From an uncultured Planctomycetota bacterium (lineage in GTDB: Bacteria; Planctomycetota; Planctomycetia; Gemmatales; Gemmataceae), in NCBI GenBank assembly GCA_963849325.1, contig CAWKHF010000010.1, positions 192,001 through 256,000 on the forward strand: a stretch of DNA of 64,000 nt, read 5' to 3'. Below the pieces are notes generated by a model that ran no database searches, was not told the origin of the DNA, and saw nothing but the letters and a program-made list of their open reading frames with translations. Below are positions 45,304 to 55,684 of this stretch, one piece after another (position 1 is the first letter of the stretch; every line of letters starts with the position of its first letter). The translations under genes and the position numbers were made by a program.

Positions 45304-45924
45304 TCAGCGGCCGGTTTCTCGGGCAAGGATCTGCTCCAACGTCTCGATCTCATCCGGCCGCGGTCCTTGCCACAGCCATTCCGGCCGCAGCCAGAAGCCG
45401 GTCATGACCTTGCTGTTCAACTCGCCCTTACGGGGGCGAACCTCGTGATACTTGCCTTCCTTCAAGCGAAGGAGGGTGACGGACTGGTCCATCTCGTCGA
45501 TGATCCAATATTCCGGGATACCGTACTGCTCGTACAGCTCGCGCTTGAGGTAGTAATCGCGCTCGACGCTGTCGGGAGAAACCATCTCCACGGCGAGGTC
45601 GGCCGGCCCCTCAATACCGCCACGTTTGACGCGGGGCAGGTGTTCGGTGCGAACGAAGGTGATATCCGGTTCCGGCCCATGTTTGTCGGCCAATCGCAGA
45701 GCCACGCGCGAGACGTACATTTGTCCCAGCTTCTTCCGCCGAACATACAAGTTCATGAGGGTGAACAGCCAGCCAATCAACTCGTTTGCATCGGTGTTTT
45801 CCGGCGAAGCCATGTAGATCACTCCGTTGATGAGGTCCGCCTTCTGGTCCTCGCGGACCAGCGCGCAGAAGTCCTCGAACGTGTGTGGACCTACACGTTG
45901 CTCTAACCGGAGACGCGATGGCAT
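45304..45924 (-). CDS. Uma2/DUF820 family endonuclease
   Basis: EPDI, ADLAVEMVSPDS, KRELY...GIPEYWIID. Confidence 0.92.
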   Translation of the reverse strand: MPSRLRLEQRVGPHTFEDFCALVREDQKADLINGVIYMASPENTDANELIGWLFTLMNLYVRRKKLGQMYVSRVALRLADKHGPEPDITFVRTEHLPRVKRGGIEGPADLAVEMVSPDSVERDYYLKRELYEQYGIPEYWIIDEMDQSVTLLRLKEGKYHEVRPRKGELNSKVMTGFWLRPEWLWQGPRPDEIETLEQILARETGR

Positions 45925-45937
45925 GGAATCATCCTCC

Positions 45938-46923
45938 TCACGGCGCAGCGCTGCCGTCGATGGTGACGGTCACGGGAGCTTCTTGCAAGTCGGTCTTGAT
46001 CTTCACTTCATACTTGAAGTCGCCGGGCTTGGTGAGCTGGCATTTGAAGGTGACGACCTGCACCGGCGCGGCCGTGTCGGCGGGAAGAGGCTCGACCTTG
46101 ATGCCTTCGCCGAGTCCGTCGATCCGGAGTACGCGGAACGGCTTGTTGCCGCGAACGACCACCCGGCGGGCCAGTGTTTCGCCGACCTTGACGCTGCCGA
46201 GGCTGACCGTCGCCGGCGCCACCGTGATGTTCGACTGCACGGTCGCCTCGACGAGTACCGGCAAGAGCGGGCTGGTCGGGTCGTTGGTGCGGAGGAAGAC
46301 GTTGCCTTTGAGGGTGCCTTCGGGGGCGTCCGCCTTCAGCGTCACCTTGACGCGATAGCCGACCTGGCCGGGCCGGCGATACAACTCGCCCAGCGCCACC
46401 TCGACGGGCAGATCCTTGGCCGACGCCTCCGTGACCTGCCAATCGAGCACGCCAGCGTATTCCACGTCGATGATCTGACTGACGGCCTGACCGCGCGTCA
46501 CGGTGCCGAAGCTGACCTGGCCGGGGTTGAAAACGATGTCGGCGCGGCTGTTGGCACTGACGCGGAGTTGGGCGCTGGAGATGTAGTCCGGCCCAACCAT
46601 GATGGTGATGCCGACCGTCTTGGCGCCGGTGAAGCGGCGGGCGTCCATGGTGACGTCGATGGTGGTCGCTTCGCGCGGTTCGAGAACGCGCTTGCCGGCG
46701 GTGGCGGTGACGCAGCCGCAGCCGCTCTTGACGCTGGTGATTTCCATGCGCACGGCGTAAATGTTGGTGACGACGAAGCGGTGGGCGAGCTGGCGCCGCG
46801 CGGCACGCTGCCGAAATCGTGACTGAGGCCGTCCTTGAACATTTTCTCCGCCCACGGCGATTGCGCCGACGCCGACGCCCCCCCCAGTGCCACCACGACC
46901 AACGCGACAAGAACGTGCCTCAT
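45938..46923 (-). CDS. DUF1573 domain secreted protein, paralogue 1 (indel near 46800)
   Basis: Signal peptide, HDFGSV, SGCGCVT, MDARRFTGAKTV. Confidence 0.85.
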
Positions 46924-47155
46924 AATGTCTCTGCCCCTCCTGTGAAGGCGCGACGAATCGGCCCGAAACGATGCTCCGTGGGCTTGCGGTTGCGGGCCAT
47001 TCGATGGATGTGCGCGACTCGGGGAAAGCCCGCTGGGACGACGCCGTTGGATTCTAGCGTGACACGTCCGGACGGTGAAGTCGGATTCTCGTTGCCGCGG
47101 CCCACCCGGAGCATGTATGAAAAAGACGGGCTATTCAGGGGAAGGAGGTCGGGCG

Positions 47156-47614
47156 ATGGCTACGGACATGACGGCATTGACGCAAACGGCGCTGATCGAG
47201 CAACTGGAGAAGCTGCGCGACGAGGTGCGGAGCTTGGCCGAGCCGCTGAGCGAGGAGGCGTTCTGGGCGAAACCGCTTGAGCCGGGCAACTCGGTCGGCC
47301 ATCTGGTGCTGCACCTGACGGGGAACCTGAATTACTTCGTCGGCGCCCAGCTCGGCGGCAGCGGCTACGTCCGCGACCGCGAGCGCGAGTTCACCGAGGC
47401 GCAGGTGCCGGCCAAGGCGGAAGCGCTGCGACGGCTCGACGAGGCGGTGGCGACGTTCCGCCGCGTCGTATCCGGCCTCGGCGCCGAGCAGTTGGCCGCG
47501 GCGCATCCCGAGGCGCGGCTGGGTGTGGTGATGAACGCCCTGACGCATCTCGTGGCGCACTTCGCCCTGCATCGCGGGCAGATGTCGTACATTACGAGGC
47601 TACTTTCACGTTAA
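47156..47614 (+). CDS. DinB/DUF1572 family protein
   Basis: NSVGHLVLHLTGNL, RDREREF, HFALHRGQ. Confidence 0.88.
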   Translation: MATDMTALTQTALIEQLEKLRDEVRSLAEPLSEEAFWAKPLEPGNSVGHLVLHLTGNLNYFVGAQLGGSGYVRDREREFTEAQVPAKAEALRRLDEAVATFRRVVSGLGAEQLAAAHPEARLGVVMNALTHLVAHFALHRGQMSYITRLLSR

Positions 47615-47628
47615 GAGCCACGAACGCT

Positions 47629-47699
47629 TTGCCGACAAGCCCGGAGCGTCCGCGACGGGTTCTTGCAACCCGTCGCGGACGCTCCGGGCTTGTCGGCAA
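47629..47699. repeat. Perfect long palindrome (TTGCCGACAAGCCCGGAGCGTCCGCGACGGGTT...), REP-like or terminator
   Basis: Arms of about 33 bp between convergent genes. Confidence 0.88.
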
Positions 47700-47780
47700 G
47701 AAGGTAGAAACGAGACGGGGAAGGCTCCATCACAGAGAGCCTCCCCCGCCCGCCTCACCACCACCGAGGTCGTGCGCCGA

Positions 47781-48764
47781 TCACGGGACGATCACGGCGT
47801 TGACATGGAAGTCGATCTTGTTGTCGTCGGCCAGGTCGGTCAGCACCCGCAAGGTCTTGTTCAGCTCGCCGGGTTGACCGGCCTTCAGCTTCACGGTCAA
47901 AACGTGGACCGCCTTGGCTTGCGGCGTGCTGTCGCGGACCAGGAGCTGGTCATCGGTGCCCTCGACCTTGGTGATCTTGAAGGGCGTCACGCCGCGGACG
48001 ATTACGCGGCGTTCGCTCTCCGCCCGCGACTTGACCGGGCCAAGCGTGATGACCTCCGGGCTGATGCTCAGGGCCGATTCGATTTCGACCGTCAGCGGTA
48101 CGCGGATGGGCGGCATACCGGGGTTGTTCGTCTTGAGCCAGACGTCGGTGTACCACTTGCCCACTGGCGCGTCGCCGCGCAGCCGAGCGCTCAGTTGGTA
48201 GGTGACTTCCGATTCCTGCCGCCGCACTTCCTGCACGCGGGGCTGGATGTAGTTGCTCTCGCACTTGACCTCGGTGACTTGCGTGTCGCTGTTGCCGTAG
48301 AAGGACAGCAGCACGGACACGGCCGGCATCCCGCCGCGTTTGAGCTGGCCGAACGCCAGGGTGTCGGGAGCGACGGCGAAATCGTTTCGGCCGTTGGCCT
48401 GGACCCACAGGCGGACCTCCTCGAAGGCGGGCTGATTGAACTGGACGTAGATCGTCACGGTCTTGAGGCCGGTGAAGCGCGTCGTGTCCATGCGGGCCAG
48501 GATGTGAGTGGACTCTCCCGGCTGGAGATATTCCTGCAGGGCGGTGGCGGTGACGCAGCCGCAGGAGACGCGGACGCTGGCGATGTGGACGGGCACCCGC
48601 GTATTGTTGACCACCCGAAACGGGTGCGACAGCGTCGGTCCTCGGGGGACCGAGCCGAAGTCTTTCGAGAACTCCTCAAACAGCGCGTCGGCCCACGTGG
48701 CCGACAGGGCAGGCCCCGTCGTACACAGGCCGACCAGGACAACCAGACTGTACCGCAACAACAT
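47781..48764 (-). CDS. DUF1573 domain secreted protein, paralogue 2
   Basis: Signal peptide, KDFGSVPRG, VSCGCVT, MDTTRFTGLKTV. Confidence 0.88.
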   Translation of the reverse strand: MLLRYSLVVLVGLCTTGPALSATWADALFEEFSKDFGSVPRGPTLSHPFRVVNNTRVPVHIASVRVSCGCVTATALQEYLQPGESTHILARMDTTRFTGLKTVTIYVQFNQPAFEEVRLWVQANGRNDFAVAPDTLAFGQLKRGGMPAVSVLLSFYGNSDTQVTEVKCESNYIQPRVQEVRRQESEVTYQLSARLRGDAPVGKWYTDVWLKTNNPGMPPIRVPLTVEIESALSISPEVITLGPVKSRAESERRVIVRGVTPFKITKVEGTDDQLLVRDSTPQAKAVHVLTVKLKAGQPGELNKTLRVLTDLADDNKIDFHVNAVIVP

Positions 48765-49101
48765 GGTGACCATTTCCTGCTGCTTCGACCCCCGAGGCTC
48801 GCCTGGTGCTACGCCCCGCGGAAGAAACGAGCCGCCCGGGGTCACTCAATCTATTCCCTCCGGACGCCTCGCTGTCAAAGGACACCGGCGGGAATTGGGT
48901 CGGAGGCGACGCCTCCAAACAGAACCGATCCGCGCTCTCCCTTCGACCGTTACAAAGCGAGGCTTGTCGATCTCCCGCGCACCGCCGCCGGCGGGCGGGT
49001 TCTGCATCGTTTCTCGCTCCCAGCGCCATTTTTCGCCCTCTCGGCGTGACGGTCTTGCCGAAGGGAGGAAACGGCTAAGATGCGAGGAGTCGAGTGTTCC
49101 T

Positions 49102-49861
49102 TCAACCCTGCGCTCGCGCCAGCACGGCGACAACGACGCGGCTCGCGCCGCCGTCCCGAAGGGCGGCGCGCCGCTTCGCCGGCCGTCGCCCCGGTGGTCA
49201 TCACATCATCGACGAGCAAGACGGATCGCCCCTTCAGAGGGGAACCGGGCCGGGCCTGAAAGGCCCCACGGACGTTCGCCTTTCGGCCGGCCGGAGTTTG
49301 CCGCGTCTGTTGCGGCGTGTTGCGGATGCGCCGCAGCCAGGACGTATGGCAGGGGATGCCCAAGCGCGTCGAAAGACCGTGGCCCAGTGCCGCGCTCTGG
49401 TTGTAGCCGCGCCGCCACCGACGCAGCCAGTGCAGCGGCACCGGGACGATCGCCTCGACGTGCAGCTCCTCGAACCGTGTCGCCGCATGTTCGGCCCAGG
49501 ATTCGCCGAGCAACTCCGCCAGCCCCTCCCCCCTCTGGTGTTTCAGGCGCGGAATGACTTCACGGAGCAACCCGTCGTATGGTCCCAGGCGCAAAACCTG
49601 CTCGAAGCGGAACGCTTCCTGCCGGCACGAGCCGCAACGCCCATCGACCACGGCGAAGGGACCGATGGTGCCGGCGCAGCGCGGGCAACAGGGATGAGGA
49701 TCGGTGAAGAGATTCTGGCGGCACTCGGCGCAGAAATGCGGCGGCTCCGCCGGCAGCATCCGGCCGCACAGCAGGCAACAGCCGGGATAGAGGAGATGTT
49801 GGGAGCCGGCCAGGAAGGTGCGGCCGGCGCGCTTCAGCCGTTCGAGCCAGGAGGTGGACAT
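49102..49861 (-). CDS. comF: ComF family phosphoribosyltransferase-like protein (indel near C-terminus)
   Basis: Double Zn-ribbon, VPVPLH, RGYNQS, LLVDDVMTTGAT. Confidence 0.92.
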
Positions 49862-49868
49862 GGGCACG

Positions 49869-50405
49869 TCACTCGGACAGGTACTCGCGGAGCTGATCGA
49901 GCATCTCGGCGAGCCAGTACTGGATGGTCCGCAGCGATTTGCCGCTTTGCCGGGCCATCTCTTCCCGCCGCACGCCCTGGACCCAACCGTCCCAAACGCA
50001 GCGCCATTCCGGCGGAAAGCGGGCCACGGCCTGCTCGATGCGTTCGATGGTCTCGCGGTCTGGCGGCTGCGGCCGGACATCGGCCAGCTCGTCCAACGGC
50101 AGACGCTGGGGAGGATCGGGCAATCGACTCAGGTCGATGGCCCGCCGGGCCGCCACCACGGCCAACCACTTGCAAAACGGACAGCGTTCCTCCCATTTTT
50201 TCAGGTTGGTGAACACACGCAGGAAAATGGCCTGGCAAGCGTCCTCCCATTCCTCGCGGCGCCCCGGACCGAGCACGCGCTGTACGATGCCGCGGACCAG
50301 CGGCGTGAACTTGCGAGCCAGTTCGTCCCCCGCCGCTCGGTCGCCGGCCAGGAAGAGGTGGACCTTCTCGGCGCAGTTGTCCGGCGGACAGTCACACGGG
50401 AACAT
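49869..50405 (-). CDS. ECF sigma factor
   Basis: GDRAAGDEL, EDACQAIFLRVF, FCKWL...RRAID (sigma2); EEMARQSGKSLRTI HTH (sigma4). Confidence 0.85.
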   Translation of the reverse strand: MFPCDCPPDNCAEKVHLFLAGDRAAGDELARKFTPLVRGIVQRVLGPGRREEWEDACQAIFLRVFTNLKKWEERCPFCKWLAVVAARRAIDLSRLPDPPQRLPLDELADVRPQPPDRETIERIEQAVARFPPEWRCVWDGWVQGVRREEMARQSGKSLRTIQYWLAEMLDQLREYLSE

Positions 50406-51465
50406 CACCGGCCTCGTTGGGAAAGGAAAGGCCCACACCCGGCAGCGGCGCAGGCGCCTCGACCACTCGGTCGCGGCGGCGCAGCAGCACCACGGTGATG
50501 TCATCCTTCTGCGGCGCCTGCTCCAATGCCTGCCTCAGCAGATCGCGGACGCGCTCGAAAAGGCTGTCGTCGGTGGCGGACTGCCCGAGAAACTCGGCCA
50601 GGTCCTTCGAGACGTGTTCGTGCAGCTGGTCGAACAGACCATCGGTCGCCAGCAACAGCTCGTCGCCGTCCTCAAGGGTGTAGCGATGCTGATCGGCAGC
50701 GGAAGGGCGAGCCAGGCCCAACCAGGTGCCGCGGAGCTTCAACAGGATCGGACTCCCCTGCCGTCCGCGACGGAAGAGCAAGCGCGATCCGCCCGCCGGC
50801 GCCGCCACCACTTCGCCGTCAGGGTGAAGGCGAACGAGTGTGCCTTCGACGTAGACACCCTCGGGCAGACAGTCGGCCAGCAGGTCGTGCATGGCGGCCA
50901 GCAGTTCGGCGGGCGCGGACGGGGCCGACTCCCAGCAGGTTCGCCACACGCCCGGCAACGTGCTGGCCAAAAGGTAGGCGTAATAGCCATGCCCGGTGAT
51001 GTCCGCCACCAGTACCCACAGCGAACCATCGCCCGCTTCGTGTCCGCCGAACCAATCGCCGCCAAACCAGTAATCGCCGACCCGTTCGTAAGGCAGAGAG
51101 AAGGTTTCGCTGTGGAAGCTGCGCGAGGACGGCAAGGACGCCGGCGACAGACCCGATCCGGGCGCTGGCCGTAGGGCTGCGAGACCAGCTTGGCGAGGTG
51201 CAGCAGGACGGCGGCCCGGAACGCCGGCCAGCTCATGGATGCGAACGGCTCGACCGGTGCGCGTGCGCAGGTACGTCTCGGCCGCGTGCAGCGCGTGCCG
51301 GGTCAACGATACCTCGTTGTAGCTGAGGTTGTAGCGGAGGCGCAGGCCGTCCATGAGGCGAGCCACCGGGGCGCGCAGCATCTCCTGCAATTGCCTACGG
51401 GCGCCGTCGCCGCCCTGCTGCAATGCCTCGACCAATTCGCGTGAAGTGGGGTAACGCAGCGCCAT
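50392..51465 (-). CDS. SpoIIE/PP2C phosphatase with N-terminal sigma2-like region (two compensating indels)
   Basis: GGDW, VADITGHG, ATDGL, DDITVV motifs. Confidence 0.85.
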   Translation of the reverse strand: MALRYPTSRELVEALQQGGDGARRQLQEMLRAPVARLMDGLRLRYNLSYNEVSLTRHALHAAETYLRTRTGRAVRIHELAGVPGRRPAAPRQAGLAALRPAPGSGLSPASLPSSRSFHSETFSLPYERVGDYWFGGDWFGGHEAGDGSLWVLVADITGHGYYAYLLASTLPGVWRTCWESAPSAPAELLAAMHDLLADCLPEGVYVEGTLVRLHPDGEVVAAPAGGSRLLFRRGRQGSPILLKLRGTWLGLARPSAADQHRYTLEDGDELLLATDGLFDQLHEHVSKDLAEFLGQSATDDSLFERVRDLLRQALEQAPQKDDITVVLLRRRDRVVEAPAPLPGVGLSFPNEAGDVPV

Positions 51466-51586
51466 CCGCTCTCACTTCCTCGTCCGTCTCGGAGAGGCCC
51501 ACCCGACCTCCACAGCGAAGGCCGGGCAAGGGCATTGTACATCGATTCCGACGGAGAGAAATGAGTGCGGTTCGATCGAAGGCGAC

Positions 51587-53191
51587 TCAGCGCGGCGGCC
51601 CGTACAGGGCAGCGGTGCCGGTCTCGTCCCGGAACGCTTGCCGCGCCCAGCGCTGTTCGAGGTCGCGGAAACTCTCGATGCCGTAGTGCCGCCGCAACGC
51701 TTCCTCGTAGCCGCGATCCAGGCCGTCGCGGACGAAGCGCGTAAACGCGGACGGCCCGCCTTTCTGCGACGACAAAAACTCCACCAGGGCGATGCTCTGC
51801 ACGTAGAACGGCGCGACCAGGCGGCGCTCGGGATAGTCCTGCATGGCCATCAACCGAGACACGGGGAACAGCTCGTGCTTGAGGCGGTAAGCGGGCAAGT
51901 TCTTGAGATAAAGATCGATCTTCTCGCGCGGCTCGCTAAGGACGGCGACGCCCTCGTCCACCCAGCGCGGCACCAGATGACGACCGAAGCGGCCCGACAG
52001 GACGGCGTGCGTCGTTTCGTGCGGCAGGACGTGCGTGAGCATGTTCTTGACGTCGCAGTGCAAGTCGATCCGCCGATCGAGCACGCGATCGCCCTCCGTT
52101 TTCAGGGTCGTGTGTCCGGGAGAGTCCGCCGCTTTGGACGTGTCGCGTGCATAGTGCTCGGCGGTGGCGTACAGAATGATGCGGCACTTGGGCTCCACGG
52201 CGCCGGCTCCTCGCCGAACCATTTGCGGGTCATGGCGGTTCGCGTCGTCTCGGCGATACGGGCCACCTGCTCGGCCAGGTCGCGCGATTGGTTGTGGATG
52301 ACACGGAAGTTGGCCGTCTCCGCCACGGCCCAGTTCTGGCCCTGTGCCGGCGTGTGACGGACTTCCAGGCGGCGCTCCTGGAGGGTGCGTAGCATGTCCT
52401 TGCCGTGCCGTTCCAGCTGCGGCGAGGCGGTCAGCGCCAGGGCCGCCAGGATCTCCTTCTCCGCGTCCGTCGGCGGCGTGCCGTCGGCCTTGTTCACCGT
52501 ATCGGTCACGGCGTACAGCTTGCAAAAGGCCCAGAAATCGCGGAAGGGTGTGGTGGCATGCGCGTCGAGATGGTTGGCTTCCTCGAAGAGTCGATTGGCG
52601 GCGGCGTAGTTCTTGCGTTCGAACTCCTGGCGGGCGCGGTCGAGCAGATCGCGGGCCGGGGGTGAGGCCGCGCTGTTGCTGTCCGCGAAGGGATCGGCGT
52701 CGTCCGGCATCTGCGGTCGAGCCGTGTAGCCCGTGGCGGACTTCGACCGCTCCGGTTCCGCGGGTTTGGAGACGGGGGCCGGTTGCGAGGCCAGGGCCGC
52801 GATCGTCGGGGGAGTGGAAGGAGCGCTGGAGGGACTGCGTTCCAGCTGGTAGCCGGGGTCGAGGATTCTGGAGACGCTCCTGATACCGCTTCGCCTCGGC
52901 GTGATTGTTGGCCTGGTGCAACTCCCGGACGTAGCCGCGATACGCCTCGCGCAAGGCGTTCATGTACTCGCGATTGCCGTCCACCCGCGCGATCTCTCGT
53001 TCGAGGCAGTAGACGGCGGCCTGGTAGTTGCCGCGTTGCAAGTTGTCGCGGCCCTGTTGCAGCGCCGTCTGCACGGCGAGCTGCATGCGCAGCCGGCCTT
53101 CGCCGTCCTCGCCGAAGGCTGGTCCGCCCGACAGCGCAAGTCCCAACAGCAGAGCGACGCCCACGCACACACGGAGTCCGTTCCGGACCAT
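51587..53191 (-). CDS. Secreted TPR + peptidase MA-like (HExxH) protein (indels)
   Basis: Signal peptide, TPR-like helices, LPHETTH, PRWVDEGVA. Confidence 0.75.
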   Translation of the reverse strand: MVRNGLRVCVGVALLLGLALSGGPAFGEDGEGRLRMQLAVQTALQQGRDNLQRGNYQAAVYCLEREIARVDGNREYMNALREAYRGYVRELHQANNHAEAKRYQERLQNPRPRLPAGTQSLQRSFHSPDDRGPGLATGPRLQTRGTGAVEVRHGLHGSTADAGRRRSLRGQQQRGLTPGPRSARPRPPGVRTQELRRRQSTLRGSQPSRRACHHTLPRFLGLLQAVRRDRYGEQGRRHAADGRGEGDPGGPGADRLAAAGTARQGHATHPPGAPPGSPSHAGTGPELGRGGDGQLPCHPQPIARPGRAGGPYRRDDANRHDPQMVRRGAGAVEPKCRIILYATAEHYARDTSKAADSPGHTTLKTEGDRVLDRRIDLHCDVKNMLTHVLPHETTHAVLSGRFGRHLVPRWVDEGVAVLSEPREKIDLYLKNLPAYRLKHELFPVSRLMAMQDYPERRLVAPFYVQSIALVEFLSSQKGGPSAFTRFVRDGLDRGYEEALRRHYGIESFRDLEQRWARQAFRDETGTAALYGPPR

Positions 53192-53463
53192 GACAGCATC
53201 CTTGCCCGAGGTCTGGAGTCAATCGGCGCGTGAGCGCTCCCGGCGCGGATCCCTCCGCGCGGCCGGCGGTTGGCGAGGAAGACACGGGGAGCGGGTCGGT
53301 TCGAGAAGGGAAAACCAGGGGTCGCTCACACGGGCGTGCCCGGCGGCAAGGCCACGGATGCGGGTCCGTTGGCCTTCGGGCTCGCCATCCTGGCAAGCCC
53401 CGCCGTCACGATCGGGCCTAAGCTAGTGGGAAAGGCCGAAAGATGCAAGATGAGCTTCCCCCG

Positions 53464-54387
53464 TCACTCGGCGGCGAGGGTGCGCTGGATGTACTGGCGC
53501 ACGGCGGGGACGTCCACGTGCGTCACCAGTTCGACGTTGGGCTTGGCGTTGCTGCCCCAGCGCACGTCGAAGACGCTCATGCCGCGCGTCAGTTCGCCGC
53601 GCATCTCCACGTCGGCCGCCACGGCGCGGCTGCTCAGCGCTTCGGGCAGGGTCAGCGGGATGAGGCCGAGCACGTCCTGCAGGTAGACGCCCTCGACGCC
53701 GTAAAGTCCGGCCGTGCCGGCGATGCCGTGCGGCAGGATTCGCCTCAGGAAAGCGGTGGTCCGCGACTCGGGAGCGGGCAATTGCAGCATTTCGGTCGGC
53801 GAGAACAGCAGCTTGCGCGTCACGTCCAGCGGCAGCAGCGTGATCGGAGCGCCGCAGCGCAGCACTTGCCGCGCGGCGGGCGGATCGCAGAAGAAGTGGA
53901 ACTCGGCGACCGCGCTGGCGTCGCCCGGCTCGTGCCAGGTGCCGCCGACGATGACGAGGCGTTCGACCAGCGTGGCCACCTCGGAGTCGCGGTCCAGGGC
54001 GCGAGCGAAGGTGCTGAGCGGACCCAGGAGGACGACCGCGACTTCCTTGGGATAGAGATGTACCAGATCGCTGATGAGCTTGTCGCTGGGGTGCGGATGG
54101 TGCAGCTGGACGCAGGGAAAGTCCACGCCGCCCAGGCCTCCGGGTCCGTGCAGCTTGACGGCGTCGAAGCCGTACTCCACCGGCAGGGCGGCGCCGAGGC
54201 GCGGCCAGCGCGGCGGGTCGAGCTGCTCGATGAGGATGTGGACGTTGCGCGTCGCCTGTTCCGCCGCCACGTTGCCGGCGGTGGCCGCCAGGCCGACCAG
54301 GTCCAGCTCGGGATCGCGCAGCGCCAGGGCCACGGCGAAAGCGCCGTCGATGCCGGGGTCGGCCACGATGATGATTTTGCGTGCCAT
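53464..54387 (-). CDS. Nucleoside hydrolase (IU-NH) family protein
   Basis: DPGID, AGNV, LGPLS, AEFHFFCDPPAA, LPLDVT, LTRGMSV. Confidence 0.85.
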   Translation of the reverse strand: MARKIIIVADPGIDGAFAVALALRDPELDLVGLAATAGNVAAEQATRNVHILIEQLDPPRWPRLGAALPVEYGFDAVKLHGPGGLGGVDFPCVQLHHPHPSDKLISDLVHLYPKEVAVVLLGPLSTFARALDRDSEVATLVERLVIVGGTWHEPGDASAVAEFHFFCDPPAARQVLRCGAPITLLPLDVTRKLLFSPTEMLQLPAPESRTTAFLRRILPHGIAGTAGLYGVEGVYLQDVLGLIPLTLPEALSSRAVAADVEMRGELTRGMSVFDVRWGSNAKPNVELVTHVDVPAVRQYIQRTLAAE

Positions 54388-54389
54388 GA

Positions 54390-55449
54390 GTAGGATTCCT
54401 ATCCTTCGATCCGTTCCCCTTGCGACGAGGGCGATGAGATGGGCGAGCACGCGGGCGGCACGGCCGTCGGCGATGGCCTCGGCGGCCCTGTCCACGCCTT
54501 CCGCCAGCGACGTCACGCGCTCGGCGGCCAGCAGCGCCGCGGCGGCGTTGGCCAGCACGACGCGCCGGGCCGGCCCTTCCTCACCGTCCAGGACGGCGCG
54601 GATCACCGCGGCGCTTTCCTCCGGCCCGGCGACGCGCAGCTCCTCGACGCGGCACGGGGCGAGGCCGAAATCCGCCGGCGTCCACTCCAGCATCCGCACG
54701 TCGCCGCCGACCACCTCGCGCACCAGCGTCGGCCCCGACAGGCTCACCTCGTCGAGTCCGTCGCGGCCGCAGACCAGCAGGGCGCGGCGCGTGCCGAGAC
54801 GGGCCAGGGCCGCGGCCAGACGGTCGAGCCATTCGGCCCGGCCCACTCCGAGAAGTTGATAGGAGGCACCCGCCGGATTGGCCAGCGGCCCCAGGCAATT
54901 GAACAGCGTCCGCACGCCCAGCCGGCGGCGCACGGCGCCGACGTGCTGCATGCGCGGATGGAAGCTCGGCGCCAGGCAGAACGCCATGCCGGCGCGCTCC
55001 AGGCAGCGCCGCGCCGCCTGCGGGTCCAGTTCCACGCGCACGCCCAGGGCCGCCAGCACGTCGGCGCTGCCGCTGCGACTGGACATGGCCCGGTTGCCGT
55101 GCTTGACCACCGGCACACCCGCCCCGGCCGCCACCAGGGCCGTGGCCGTGCTGATGTTGAACGTACACGTCCCGTCGCCGCCGGTGCCGCAGGTGTCGAG
55201 CACGTCGTCTCGGCCGGCCGCCAGCGGCACACAGTATTCGCGCAGCACCGCCGCCGCCGCCGCCAGCTCGTCGGCCGTCTCGCCCTTCATGTGCAGTGCC
55301 ACCAGCAGCGCCGCCGTCTCCACGTCGCCGCAGGCGCCGCCGAGGATGCCATGCATCAATTCGCACATGTGCATGGCACACAAGTCGCGCCGCTCCAGCA
55401 GCGCGGCCAGCGTCGTCGCAAACCACGGCGGCGGCGACGAAGGAGTCAT
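54390..55449 (-). CDS. trpD: Anthranilate phosphoribosyltransferase (3' end uncertain; reads through into next gene as sequenced)
   Basis: DTCGTGGDG, FNISTA, KHGNR, GSADVL, GPLANP, DGLDE. Confidence 0.95.
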
Positions 55450-55551
55450 GAGACGATCTCCAGGCAAGACAGCCCCAAGTCCGGCGAACGGGGTCTCTTC
55501 GCATGACCATACACGAAGCGGAGGCTGAACCCCAAAATTTCTCTTTTTTTG

Positions 55552-55572
55552 TGTACGGGCGTCTAATATACT
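55552..55572 (+). promoter_or_regulatory. Candidate LexA box TGTAC-N4-GTCTA adjacent to -10 TATACT
   Basis: Imperfect palindrome in AT-rich region upstream of lexA. Confidence 0.4.
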
Positions 55573-55684
55573 AAGGTTCACATGAAAGCGGGCCGAGAAG
55601 GAGAAAAGCGACAGGGTAGAAAGATGGGTTGAGCCAACCCCGGACATACCTCATTCACAGGAACCTCTTGACGAGGGGGAGACC

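Noticed and set aside
45304-45924. Uma2 nuclease as part of a defence system
   Set aside because: Solitary; the family is highly expanded in planctomycetes and has no partner genes here.
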